Assembly (NCBI GenBank): GCA_021513695.1 | Contig: CP084166.1 | Coordinates: 1,408,001 to 1,472,000 of the forward strand | Length of the DNA: 64,000 nt | From: Candidatus Heimdallarchaeum aukensis | GTDB taxonomy: Archaea; Asgardarchaeota; Heimdallarchaeia; Heimdallarchaeales; Heimdallarchaeaceae | Reading direction: 5' to 3' | Shown: piece after piece, positions 48,526-57,042 of the stretch | Numbering within the stretch: the stretch's first letter is position 1 | How the letters are laid out: every line of letters starts with the position of its first letter | Made by a program: the position numbers and the translations under genes | The notes under the pieces: model-generated | What the model saw: the letters and a program-made list of their open reading frames with translations, nothing else | Told to the model about the DNA's origin: nothing | Database searches by the model: none

Positions 48526-49458
48526 ATGGGATATCTATTTATTGTAAACCCTCACTCAAGAAATGATGAAGTCAAAAAGAGATGGCCAATAATAGAAGAT
48601 GAAATTAAAAAAAGAAACTTGGATTATCAAGTAGAATTTACAAAAGGAAGAAGACACGCAACTGAAATAACAAAGGAGCACATAAATGATTTTGACGTTT
48701 TTGTTTCTTGTGGAGGAGATGGAACAGTTAATGAGGTTGTGAATGGTCTAGCTGAAACAAATAAAGTTCTTGGAATGTTACCTTTAGGAAATGGAAATGA
48801 TTACGCTAACTTACTTCACGTTAGGGGTTCATATGTTCAGACCCTTAATATTCTTGAAGAGAACAAAATAGCAGAGTTAAGCCTGGGGGTAGCCACAGCA
48901 GATACAAAACACTATTTTGTTAATATAGCTGAAACAGGAATTACATCAATTATTGCTAAAGCATCATATACAGAATTAAAATGGATAAAAGGATTACCTA
49001 AATATTATATTCTCGGATTGAAGAAAATTTCTAGCTACAAATCTGTCCCAGCTTATATAAAAGTTGACGATTATGAAAGAAAAACTAAACTGATTCTTTG
49101 TGCTGTAGGTCTTGGTTACCGTTTTGGGGGAGGATTTAATGTTTTACCTGGAAATCAACCATATTTTGGTGATTTTCAAGTTTGTATTGCCGGAGATGTT
49201 CCTAAAATAAAATGGTATTGGATGATCAACAAAATAAAAAATGGAACACATGGAAATATTAAAGGTGTAGATATTATAAGAGGTAAGAAAATTGAAATAG
49301 AAACTGAAACACCATTACCTATAGAAGGAGAAGGAGAGGTGTTCAGTGAAAATTCAACCACAGCAAAATTTGAGTTATCACAATCAAAGTTAAAAATCAT
49401 TGTTGGAAAAGAATTCTTAAAAAATAAAATTGAATTCGAAACAAGAAATAAAAAATAA
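48526..49458 (+). CDS. Diacylglycerol-kinase-catalytic-domain lipid kinase (YegS/BmrU-like)
   Basis: 'VFVSCGGDGTVNEVVNGL' is the DAGK_cat signature. 310 aa. Confidence 0.75.
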   Translation: MGYLFIVNPHSRNDEVKKRWPIIEDEIKKRNLDYQVEFTKGRRHATEITKEHINDFDVFVSCGGDGTVNEVVNGLAETNKVLGMLPLGNGNDYANLLHVRGSYVQTLNILEENKIAELSLGVATADTKHYFVNIAETGITSIIAKASYTELKWIKGLPKYYILGLKKISSYKSVPAYIKVDDYERKTKLILCAVGLGYRFGGGFNVLPGNQPYFGDFQVCIAGDVPKIKWYWMINKIKNGTHGNIKGVDIIRGKKIEIETETPLPIEGEGEVFSENSTTAKFELSQSKLKIIVGKEFLKNKIEFETRNKK

Positions 49459-49545
49459 AAATATTCAACGATTTTGATTTTTAACAAAGTTTATTTTTCT
49501 AAAATCCCTTAATATTATCAACAACGATACTCTGAGGAAAATTTA

Positions 49546-49998
49546 ATGCACAAGGGGTTTATAACTAAAGAATTAACCAATGATGAAATAAGTCACAAAA
49601 AAATATTCATTAAAGTAGAAGACAGAATTTTGTTTCCTCATGGTATTTTTTTTATTGACTACCTAGACAATTCCTTTGGAGTTTATTTATCCAATAGAGG
49701 ATTTTTAGAAGGATTAGAATCATGGTTTGAAGAATTTCCTTCTTTAAAGAAGGGAGACATTGTTATTATCGCTAAACATAGCTCGGGCTTTTCTTTGAAC
49801 ACAACCTCACCAGTTGTTCAGTCTCAGATTTCTTTGATAATGGAAATGCAAAGAGTACAAATGTTGACTGAAGAGGATATTCTATGTCCAAACTGTTACT
49901 ACTCCTTAGAAAAAGAAAAACTCCCTGAAGATTCTCCTCACTTATTAAAATTAAAATGTGGGCGTTGTGGATTTATTCTTATAAAAACCAAAATTTAA
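49546..49998 (+). CDS. Hypothetical protein with a C-terminal zinc ribbon; tandem paralogue 1
   Basis: 150 aa. ~100 aa N-terminal domain ('KGDIVIIAKHSSGFSL') and 'CPNC...CGRCG'. Homologous to the 50063..50530 product. Confidence 0.45.
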   Translation: MHKGFITKELTNDEISHKKIFIKVEDRILFPHGIFFIDYLDNSFGVYLSNRGFLEGLESWFEEFPSLKKGDIVIIAKHSSGFSLNTTSPVVQSQISLIMEMQRVQMLTEEDILCPNCYYSLEKEKLPEDSPHLLKLKCGRCGFILIKTKI

Positions 49999-50062
49999 CT
50001 TTTAAAAGAAATTTTAGTAGAAAATTATTTAATCAACATCATATTATTGGATATGTTAAACA

Positions 50063-50530
50063 ATGCATGTTGGATTTATCATCCGAGAATTAACCGAGGA
50101 AGAGATTAACCATAAGTGCTTATATGTTTTTGAAAAAGACAGAATACTTTTTCCTAATACAGGAGTTTTATTTTTTGTTGAATCCTATGAAGAGACATAT
50201 GGAGTAAGAATAGATCAAGATGGATTTCTTAGAGGATTAGAAACATGGTTTACAAAATATCCTCATAATCCTGGCGATACGATAATCATCGCAAAAACTT
50301 CTGAAAGTTTTTCTTTAAGTAGTTCTTCTGAGCTCATTCAACAAATTATTGGAGAATCATATGAAAAAGTTCGTGTTGATGAAATGGATGAGAAATCAGA
50401 AGCATGTCCAAATTGTCAATATCAACTAGAAATGGCAGCTAAAAAAGAAGAACGAATCATTTTCAAGTGTGCACGTTGTGGATTTACAATGGTTAGAAAA
50501 ATAAAAGATAATGAAAATGAAGAAGATTAA
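50063..50530 (+). CDS. Hypothetical protein with a C-terminal zinc ribbon; tandem paralogue 2
   Basis: 155 aa. Same architecture ('PGDTIIIAKTSESFSL' and 'CPNC...CARCG'). Confidence 0.45.
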   Translation: MHVGFIIRELTEEEINHKCLYVFEKDRILFPNTGVLFFVESYEETYGVRIDQDGFLRGLETWFTKYPHNPGDTIIIAKTSESFSLSSSSELIQQIIGESYEKVRVDEMDEKSEACPNCQYQLEMAAKKEERIIFKCARCGFTMVRKIKDNENEED

Positions 50531-50540
50531 GTTTTTTATT

Positions 50541-50819
50541 TTAGGTGTAAAAAAACAGTGCACTCCCGATAACTCCTAAAATAAGAATTAAGAAAACTGA
50601 AGTAATAAAGACATTCTTTGCTTTTTCTATTTTCAAGCATCTAGAACATAATAAAAGTTTAACATTTTGCGGCTTTTGAGGAGAAAACATTGCTGAAATA
50701 GCATTTGTTTTCCAATATTCATTAGTGCATGAAGTGCAAATAGGCTTATAACATCTATTACATCTTGTCTCGGCATTGACCTCAGTGTGAATATAACATT
50801 TTTCTTCCATCATTATCAA
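50541..50819 (-). CDS. Small membrane protein with an N-terminal zinc ribbon
   Basis: 'CNRC...CTSC' followed by a C-terminal TM helix. 92 aa. Confidence 0.35.
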   Translation of the reverse strand: MIMMEEKCYIHTEVNAETRCNRCYKPICTSCTNEYWKTNAISAMFSPQKPQNVKLLLCSRCLKIEKAKNVFITSVFLILILGVIGSALFFYT

Positions 50820-50999
50820 CCAAGTTATTAAAGCCTCAGAAAAAGTCGTTTCATCATTGTTCAGTTCGTTGCAACTTCATCATAGGCATGTGAATTTTTT
50901 CCATAGTTTTAAAACCGTTTCTCTTCTACTCATTTTAAACACTAAATGAAATTGGATCTGTGAATACAGTCTATGAAACTACATAACAAAAACAAGTTT

Positions 51000-51074
51000 T
51001 GGAGCCCCGGAGGGGAATTGAACCCCTGACCTGCGGATTACGAATCCGACGCTTTACCACTTAGCCACCGAGGC
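51000..51074 (-). tRNA. tRNA-Thr (anticodon CGU)
   Basis: The reverse complement folds as a cloverleaf. Acceptor gcctcgg/ccggggc with one G-U pair. Anticodon loop uuCGUaa. T-arm agggg-ttcaatt-cccct. Encoded CCA. Confidence 0.8.
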
Positions 51075-51238
51075 TACGTATTCTTTTCTGAAGGTTTCTT
51101 TGTTTTTGTTCTCTTTTTAATTCTAAAAATTTTTTCATTTATGATACTGTAGGAAAAAACGAGACGATTTATAAGGACTGTAATTTTTTTCATATCATCA
51201 AAGTATTACAACCTCATTTATTTAGACCCATATTATTC

Positions 51239-51865
51239 ATGATGGAGGAAATGATACACAATATTTGGATTGCTAAGGATACTGGTGAATGTCTATATCA
51301 TAGAAGATTTAATGATGACATCAACATAGATGAGAATTTAATAACCAGCTTTCTCTCTGCAATTGAAATTTTTGCTCAAAATGTCGATTCTGGCTGTGAA
51401 CAGCTTGAAACAAAAAGGTACAAATTCATCTATGCACAAACAGATAACACTGTCACAGTTGCTTGTATTGACAAAAATGATGATGATACCTATATCAAGA
51501 AAGAAGTAGAAGCAATTCAAAATGAGTTTAAATCCCGTTTCAGTAAAATGTTAGAAAATTGGAATGGAAGAGTAGAGTTATTTAGTACAATGGATGAATT
51601 CGTCGATAAAAGATTATCTTCCTTTAATTCCATTCTTGGTTCGTTTAAGAATAAAAAACTGGAGCTGAATGAGATGATTATTAAGCAAAAACCTAAATTA
51701 AAACTCAGTCCTCAGCAAGAGAAAGTCATATCACTGATCAGATATAAAGGGACAGCCACGTTACAGGACATTTGTAAATGGATGAAATTAACTGAGCCAG
51801 ATGCAGAAATAGCTGCAAAGAGCCTTTTACACAATAATATTATACGTGAGGTTACAGGCGCTTAA
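51239..51865 (+). CDS. Cytoplasmic protein with an N-terminal roadblock-like regulatory domain and a C-terminal winged-helix
   Basis: The N-terminal ~130 aa align with the cytoplasmic tail of the 38272..40873 surface protein (for example 'FKSRFSKMLENWNGRVELF' against 'FEKRFSHVAENWIGSLDEF'). C-terminal 'TATLQDICKWMKLTEPDAEIAAKSLLHNNII' is HTH-like. Confidence 0.45.
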   Translation: MMEEMIHNIWIAKDTGECLYHRRFNDDINIDENLITSFLSAIEIFAQNVDSGCEQLETKRYKFIYAQTDNTVTVACIDKNDDDTYIKKEVEAIQNEFKSRFSKMLENWNGRVELFSTMDEFVDKRLSSFNSILGSFKNKKLELNEMIIKQKPKLKLSPQQEKVISLIRYKGTATLQDICKWMKLTEPDAEIAAKSLLHNNIIREVTGA

Positions 51866-52204
51866 CTATTTCTTTTTCTCTTTTATTTCCTTCTTTGGTG
51901 AAGAGTTACTCATCCACTCAGGTTCAGTTTGTTTTCCAAATTCTTTATTGAATTCTTGAACTAAAACTCTAGCTTGTTTAGCGGTATTTACTGTCATTAT
52001 TTGTTTTTTATAAACATCTATTCGTTTATTGCAATAGGGACATTGCTTTGTTTTCTGTCCTGTTTTGCAATAAGAGAATTTTCCACAATATCTGTTTGAA
52101 CAACGTACTATTGTATACACACTTTTCACTGTCCAATGATTGTAACTGCGACTCTTCGATGTCTGCTTCTCACATCTAGACAAATAAAAACTGGTTGTTG
52201 CCAT
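51866..52204 (-). CDS. Basic Cys-rich zinc-ribbon protein (start uncertain)
   Basis: Multiple CxxC pairs. Its 5' 79 nt overlap the yjbQ-like gene, so the true start may be internal or the ORF may be spurious. Confidence 0.3.
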   Translation of the reverse strand: MATTSFYLSRCEKQTSKSRSYNHWTVKSVYTIVRCSNRYCGKFSYCKTGQKTKQCPYCNKRIDVYKKQIMTVNTAKQARVLVQEFNKEFGKQTEPEWMSNSSPKKEIKEKKK

Positions 52205-52539
52205 GTTCCTAACTGTAACCGTGAATTATGAATAGATAAAGATAAACTTGGACCAATTAAACTTGCTCTTAAGTGTGAATGAGCGTTTGAATCAATCATG
52301 TCGTGTTTATATCCCGCACCTTTTGGGACTAGTTTCTCTAATATCTGTTTAAAGTCACTTAGTACTCTTGATTCATACTCTATCGTAGTTAAAGCTCCCG
52401 TAGAACCTATTACATTTGCAGACAAAATACCATTCTTTATTTTTGATTTAGAAACAAGATCTTCAAACATTGAAGTTAGATCTACAATAGTTATTTCTCC
52501 TTTTGTATCAAATTCTAGTATTTCAGAATAGACATTCAT
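52126..52539 (-). CDS. YjbQ/UPF0047 family protein
   Basis: 'SHLRASLIGPSLSLSIHNSRLQLGTWQQPVFICLDVRSRHRRVAV' matches the UPF0047 signature (…GTWQ…). 137 aa. Confidence 0.75.
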   Translation of the reverse strand: MNVYSEILEFDTKGEITIVDLTSMFEDLVSKSKIKNGILSANVIGSTGALTTIEYESRVLSDFKQILEKLVPKGAGYKHDMIDSNAHSHLRASLIGPSLSLSIHNSRLQLGTWQQPVFICLDVRSRHRRVAVTIIGQ

Positions 52540-52579
52540 TTTCTCTTCAAATATTGTATAGCATTATCTTTTTTAATTC

Positions 52580-54931
52580 TTGGTTTTAATTAAAAGATTG
52601 ATTTTTTTCAAAAATCGTAAAAATGTTTATTATCTTTCATACGTAAATAAATTGGATAATATGGTAATACAAGAAGAGAGTAAGGACATCATAGAAGACT
52701 CACCTTTTAACCGCCTTGTTCTTGCAGAAATGGAGAGAGAACGACTTTACTCTACATTTGCTTTAGTTGACGAATTTAATGAAATTGCGTCTTCATGGTT
52801 AGAATTTTCAGATTTTTGTGCAAAATCATTATTTAATTTAACAAATTTATCATTTCTTCTCTATGAGCGGTATCTTGATGAATTTAATAGAGATAAGCAA
52901 CAAATAGAGATAAATTTTGAACGTAAAAGCTTCATTATTAAGAGAATAGAAAATCTGCAACAATTCCAAATGGAAGCAGCTATTTTAATGATTCTCTATG
53001 CAGATATTGTTAACACAGGCATTTTTGAGTCTAAACCTGCAGAAAATTTTTGTTATTTAAACATTGAAGGATATAAGGTTCTTGAGAAAATCTCTTCTAC
53101 ATATTTCGATTCTACTCATCCCAGGGCCTCATCAATTGAAGATATTATGGTAAAGTTATTTACAATAAGTCAAAAAGTCCAAATTGTGAAGATACTAAAT
53201 GATTCGCCAATTAAAAAAGCAAAAGAACCATCTTTTATTCAAGAACAACTTGAGTTGGAAAGATTATTAGCAAGTTTTGAGTTTGATTTTATTGCTAAGT
53301 TAATAGAAGAACTCGGAAAAAGATGGTGGTGGTATGACCCAATTGCAATACATTTTAGCTATGAAAGAGCAATGAAACACTTAGAAAAATCTCTTTCCCT
53401 TTTAGAACATAGTGAGGAAAATGTTCTACAAATTAAAGAAGAAATTAAAAATAAGATCTCAACAATAGATAAAATTTGGAGAAATAAAGCACTAATTGAT
53501 CACTTTTATAGAATCACATTAGAAGCAGCTAAAAAAGACAACTTTGTTGCAAGCATCGAATACCTAAACTTAATTTTAGGATTAATCGATGAAATCATTG
53601 AATATTTTCAAAACAATAATGAACATTTAGAAAGCGAAGAACAATTTTATGAAGAAATAGAAGAACGTAAAAACGATTTAAAAGTTTTTCATATTGTTGT
53701 CAGACTAGCTCTTTCTGTAGCTGAAATCATAAACAAACAAACCTCAATAGATAAAGCATTGTTAGAAAAAAAACTTACAGAAATAGAAAAAATATGCAAA
53801 GATTCTTCATTGTTTTCCAATATAAATTACTTCTCTGAAATTATTTATGTTTATCAAGGCTTTGTTCAAACAGCTAGAATTGGTATACTGAAGAAACAAA
53901 AAACAGAGAAAATCTTGAATAATGCAATAGCACAATTTGAATACTATATAGTCAAACTTGAGAATAGTTTAACAAAAATTGCTAATGATTTTTATAAGAA
54001 AGTCCATAAAGGGACGCTAAAAAGTACTGATTTTAAAAATTACTTAAAAAAGATTGAAGAGTTAAAGTACATCAGTTTCTTTTTACCTAACTTAGAACAA
54101 AAACTCAATCTTACACGAGAAATAGAGTCAATGGAATGTTATATTAAATCAATAGCTGCATTAAAACAGTCACAATCCCAAGAGTTGTCTGAAATTGAAA
54201 AACTCATCTATTATTCGAAAGCACACTATTTCTCAAATAAAGCTTTAGATTTGTCTCAAAGTAAGGAAAAAGCCATAATTCCTGACAATTGGCTTGAAGA
54301 GCAGTTCCTTAAAACTTTCACTGAAGGGAGAGAAGTCGAGTTAAAACTTTTTGAATTATCACGTCAATTTCTTTTTCTAAATAAAGTAATAGATGAAATT
54401 GCTTATTGCTTTGACATTTCAGAAAAAAAGAAAGAAAAAATTGAAAATTATGAGACAGTTCTTCAATTTCACTTTAGAAAATTTGAACTCTTTGAAATCA
54501 TTAACAAACAGATAGAAGAAAATTGTTTAGAATCCCTGAAATACAGAGAAATATCAAATGATATTGTAATTGTAGATAAAAACGTCAATTGGCAAATTAT
54601 TGAAGCTAAAAAAATATTGGCATCTTCAGCAGACAAATTAATCAAAGCACTTAAAAAATGCGCCCTTGGTTATGCAGCAGATAGAAGTAAAGACAACTAT
54701 AAAGCAGCTGTTTTATTTAATGAAGGTTATAAGCTGGTTCAGGAAGCATGTAATATTTTAGACCCACTAACTACATATGACAAACAATTTGCTGATTTGG
54801 CAAAAACAACTTACGAATTCAATTTGTTTCTAAAGGAACTTGAACGTTTGGAACTTGAGAAGAAAAAAATAAAAGAATTTCCTCTAGAAAAAGTGTTGTC
54901 TCTAGTTAAGAAAATAATTTTCTTTTCGTAA
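52580..54931 (+). CDS. Large (783 aa) all-alpha hypothetical protein
   Basis: Long helical, Lys/Glu/Leu-rich ORF with no recognisable catalytic motif. The start is possibly at an internal Met. Confidence 0.45.
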   Translation: MVLIKRLIFFKNRKNVYYLSYVNKLDNMVIQEESKDIIEDSPFNRLVLAEMERERLYSTFALVDEFNEIASSWLEFSDFCAKSLFNLTNLSFLLYERYLDEFNRDKQQIEINFERKSFIIKRIENLQQFQMEAAILMILYADIVNTGIFESKPAENFCYLNIEGYKVLEKISSTYFDSTHPRASSIEDIMVKLFTISQKVQIVKILNDSPIKKAKEPSFIQEQLELERLLASFEFDFIAKLIEELGKRWWWYDPIAIHFSYERAMKHLEKSLSLLEHSEENVLQIKEEIKNKISTIDKIWRNKALIDHFYRITLEAAKKDNFVASIEYLNLILGLIDEIIEYFQNNNEHLESEEQFYEEIEERKNDLKVFHIVVRLALSVAEIINKQTSIDKALLEKKLTEIEKICKDSSLFSNINYFSEIIYVYQGFVQTARIGILKKQKTEKILNNAIAQFEYYIVKLENSLTKIANDFYKKVHKGTLKSTDFKNYLKKIEELKYISFFLPNLEQKLNLTREIESMECYIKSIAALKQSQSQELSEIEKLIYYSKAHYFSNKALDLSQSKEKAIIPDNWLEEQFLKTFTEGREVELKLFELSRQFLFLNKVIDEIAYCFDISEKKKEKIENYETVLQFHFRKFELFEIINKQIEENCLESLKYREISNDIVIVDKNVNWQIIEAKKILASSADKLIKALKKCALGYAADRSKDNYKAAVLFNEGYKLVQEACNILDPLTTYDKQFADLAKTTYEFNLFLKELERLELEKKKIKEFPLEKVLSLVKKIIFFS

Positions 54932-54975
54932 TACCTTTACATAATCTTTAAAATTTTATCAAAAAATTAACTCAC

Positions 54976-55824
54976 ATGAATAGTTTTCTGCTAAACGATG
55001 AGGAAAAAAAACAAATACTTTCTAAATACACAGAATTCTCATCTTTACGAGGTGAACCAAATAAAGAATTAGATCAATATTTTGTAACGCAAGATACTAG
55101 TTTAAAGAGAGCCTTGCTATTTGAACCAGAAGAATACGAAAGTAAGTGGGTTATTTTTCTAGGAGATATGGATCTAGTAGGTTTTCACTTAGGATTATTA
55201 GCAAAACCTAAGGACTTAGCGGTACTTGATATTGATAAAAGAATGCCAGAAATGGTTTTTTCAATGAAGTTTAACTACAAAATTAGATCAGCTCGATATA
55301 TTAACCATGATTTAAGAATAAGGATGTTGGCAGTATTAAAAAATCAATATGATTTTATTTTCACAGAATCACCTATGACAATTGAGGGCAATGAAGTTTT
55401 CCTTTCTCGCGCTGTACAATGTGCAAAAAAAGACGGTAATAGTAGAATAATATTGTCAACAGATGTTAAAGATGAAAAACGAGATGAGTTATACTCACTT
55501 TTTGATCAAATGAATCTTGAAGTTGAGCAACATATTAAAGACTTTAACAGCTACTCCTTTGAGACTGCTTTAGGCAAAAAGAACTCTGATTTATTCATCC
55601 TCCGCGTTTTAGAAAATTCAAAAGAGAACATAGTCAATCACTATTTAGGCCCAATGTTTTTCAGAGAGATAGAACAAGAAACAAAACCATATAGATGTAA
55701 ATGTGGGAATATCATAGAAGTAGGGAAAGATGTGTCTTCATTAGATGAACTATACGAAAAAGGTTGCCCTGAATGTGGTCATAAAGAAGTATTTGTTTAC
55801 AACTCTTCAATTAAATTAGAGTAA
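54976..55824 (+). CDS. Rossmann-fold methyltransferase-like protein with a degenerate DPPY motif and a C-terminal zinc ribbon
   Basis: 'VIFLGDMDLVGFHLGLLAKPKDLAVLDID' is motif-I-like. 'YDFIFTESPMT' sits in the place of (D/N)PPY. C-terminal 'CKCG...CPECG'. Confidence 0.4.
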   Translation: MNSFLLNDEEKKQILSKYTEFSSLRGEPNKELDQYFVTQDTSLKRALLFEPEEYESKWVIFLGDMDLVGFHLGLLAKPKDLAVLDIDKRMPEMVFSMKFNYKIRSARYINHDLRIRMLAVLKNQYDFIFTESPMTIEGNEVFLSRAVQCAKKDGNSRIILSTDVKDEKRDELYSLFDQMNLEVEQHIKDFNSYSFETALGKKNSDLFILRVLENSKENIVNHYLGPMFFREIEQETKPYRCKCGNIIEVGKDVSSLDELYEKGCPECGHKEVFVYNSSIKLE

Positions 55825-55828
55825 ATTA

Positions 55829-56182
55829 GTGAGAAATATGACTCAAGTTCAAACAGAAACAAGATGCGCAAATTGTGATAGGGTAATTAAGCTAACTCCA
55901 GAAATTTTAGAATCAGGTTGTCCAGATTGTGGTTCGTTTAAATTTATAACCAAAAGGATTTTAACAGATTTGGAGAAACAACAAAAAGAAGTAAAGGTCT
56001 TGATAGATAAAGAAATGAGAGAAGAAGATATTACAAAAGATATATCTTCTATAAGACTGAGTACTGAAGGGACATTTGAAATTGATTTAGAGAAACTGCT
56101 CGAAGAAGTAACTGAAAACAAGCCTATAATAACAAGAAATAAGGACGGAACCTATCATGTCAAGTTCCCTGAAAAAAAATAA
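55829..56182 (+). CDS. Zinc-ribbon protein (N-terminal CxxC...CPDCG) with a charged helical tail
   Basis: 117 aa. Its ribbon resembles that at the C-terminus of the upstream gene. The gap to the upstream gene is 4 nt. Confidence 0.45.
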   Translation: MRNMTQVQTETRCANCDRVIKLTPEILESGCPDCGSFKFITKRILTDLEKQQKEVKVLIDKEMREEDITKDISSIRLSTEGTFEIDLEKLLEEVTENKPIITRNKDGTYHVKFPEKK

Positions 56183-56266
56183 ATTGGATAAGCAAAATTT
56201 ACTTTTAAATCACAACTTTTAAATCAAGACTAGAAGAAGTAGAAATGAAATAGGAGTACAAAAAAA

Positions 56267-56932
56267 ATGGTCGCTAAAGATCAACTTGATAAGGAAGATA
56301 GAATAAAAAAGGGAGTAGAAGAGATTCTAAGCTTCAGAGGATATGAAATTAAAAAAATAAATACAGATGATGATTATATTGATTTTTACGCTGAAAAAAC
56401 TGATGAAGACGGAGAAGAAACAAATTTAATTGTCAGATTTCCTAGAAAAGCGAGCATAGGAGTAAAAACAATAAGAGAACTTGATCAATATAGAAAAGAT
56501 GAAGATATTCAAGATGCAATAATTATAGCAGAAGGAGCTTTAACTCACTATGCAAAAAGAGAATGTTTAGAACGAGGAGTGGAAATAATAAGTGGAACAA
56601 ATCCCCTTTTTAATATCTTTGATCACATAATGGTTCCACTTCATATAAAACTTGAAGATGATGAAGTTGAAGAAGTTTTAAAGAAATATCAAATAAAGAA
56701 GCATCAATTGCCAAAGATCCTAGACTCAGACCCTGCGATTAAAGCTATTCAAGCAAACCCAGGAGATATAATAAAGATAATTAGAAACCCAAACATGGGA
56801 GAAGCAGGAGTATATTATCGATATGTTATCAGATCTACATCAAGATTAAGGCTAGCAGCAAAAACTCAACGCTCCTCTTTAGAAGAAGAAGTTGTAGAAG
56901 ACATAGAAGAAGATATAGAAGAAGAACTTTAG
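56267..56932 (+). CDS. rpoH: Full-length (two-domain) Rpb5/RpoH RNA polymerase subunit homologue
   Basis: The C-terminal region 'HIMVPLHIKLEDDEVEEVLKKYQIKKHQLPKILDSDPAIKAIQANPGDIIKIIRNPNMGEAGVYYRYV' matches RpoH/Rpb5-C. The N-terminal ~140 aa ('RGYEI...', 'SIGVKTI') align with the eukaryotic Rpb5 N-terminal jaw domain ('RGYFI', 'SVGVKTM'). Confidence 0.75.
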   Translation: MVAKDQLDKEDRIKKGVEEILSFRGYEIKKINTDDDYIDFYAEKTDEDGEETNLIVRFPRKASIGVKTIRELDQYRKDEDIQDAIIIAEGALTHYAKRECLERGVEIISGTNPLFNIFDHIMVPLHIKLEDDEVEEVLKKYQIKKHQLPKILDSDPAIKAIQANPGDIIKIIRNPNMGEAGVYYRYVIRSTSRLRLAAKTQRSSLEEEVVEDIEEDIEEEL

Positions 56933-56959
56933 AAAAACTTTAGAAAAACTTTAGAAAAA
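56927..56959. repeat. 3 x 11 bp tandem repeat (ctttagaaaaa) immediately after the rpoH stop
   Basis: Three exact copies seen in the sequence. The first copy includes the stop codon. Confidence 0.7.
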
Positions 56960-57042
56960 CTTTCTTTCTTAAAAAAAGTAAAAGAAGAAATGTGATTTGT
57001 TTTTCTGAAAGATTTATTACATCCTTCTTTTCTTTTCATTTA

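Noticed and set aside
56992-57042. 17 aa N-terminal extension of the cofD-like ORF (56992..57042)
   Set aside because: The ORF-track start is not an ATG. The internal ATG at 57043 immediately precedes the conserved N-terminal glycine-rich motif.
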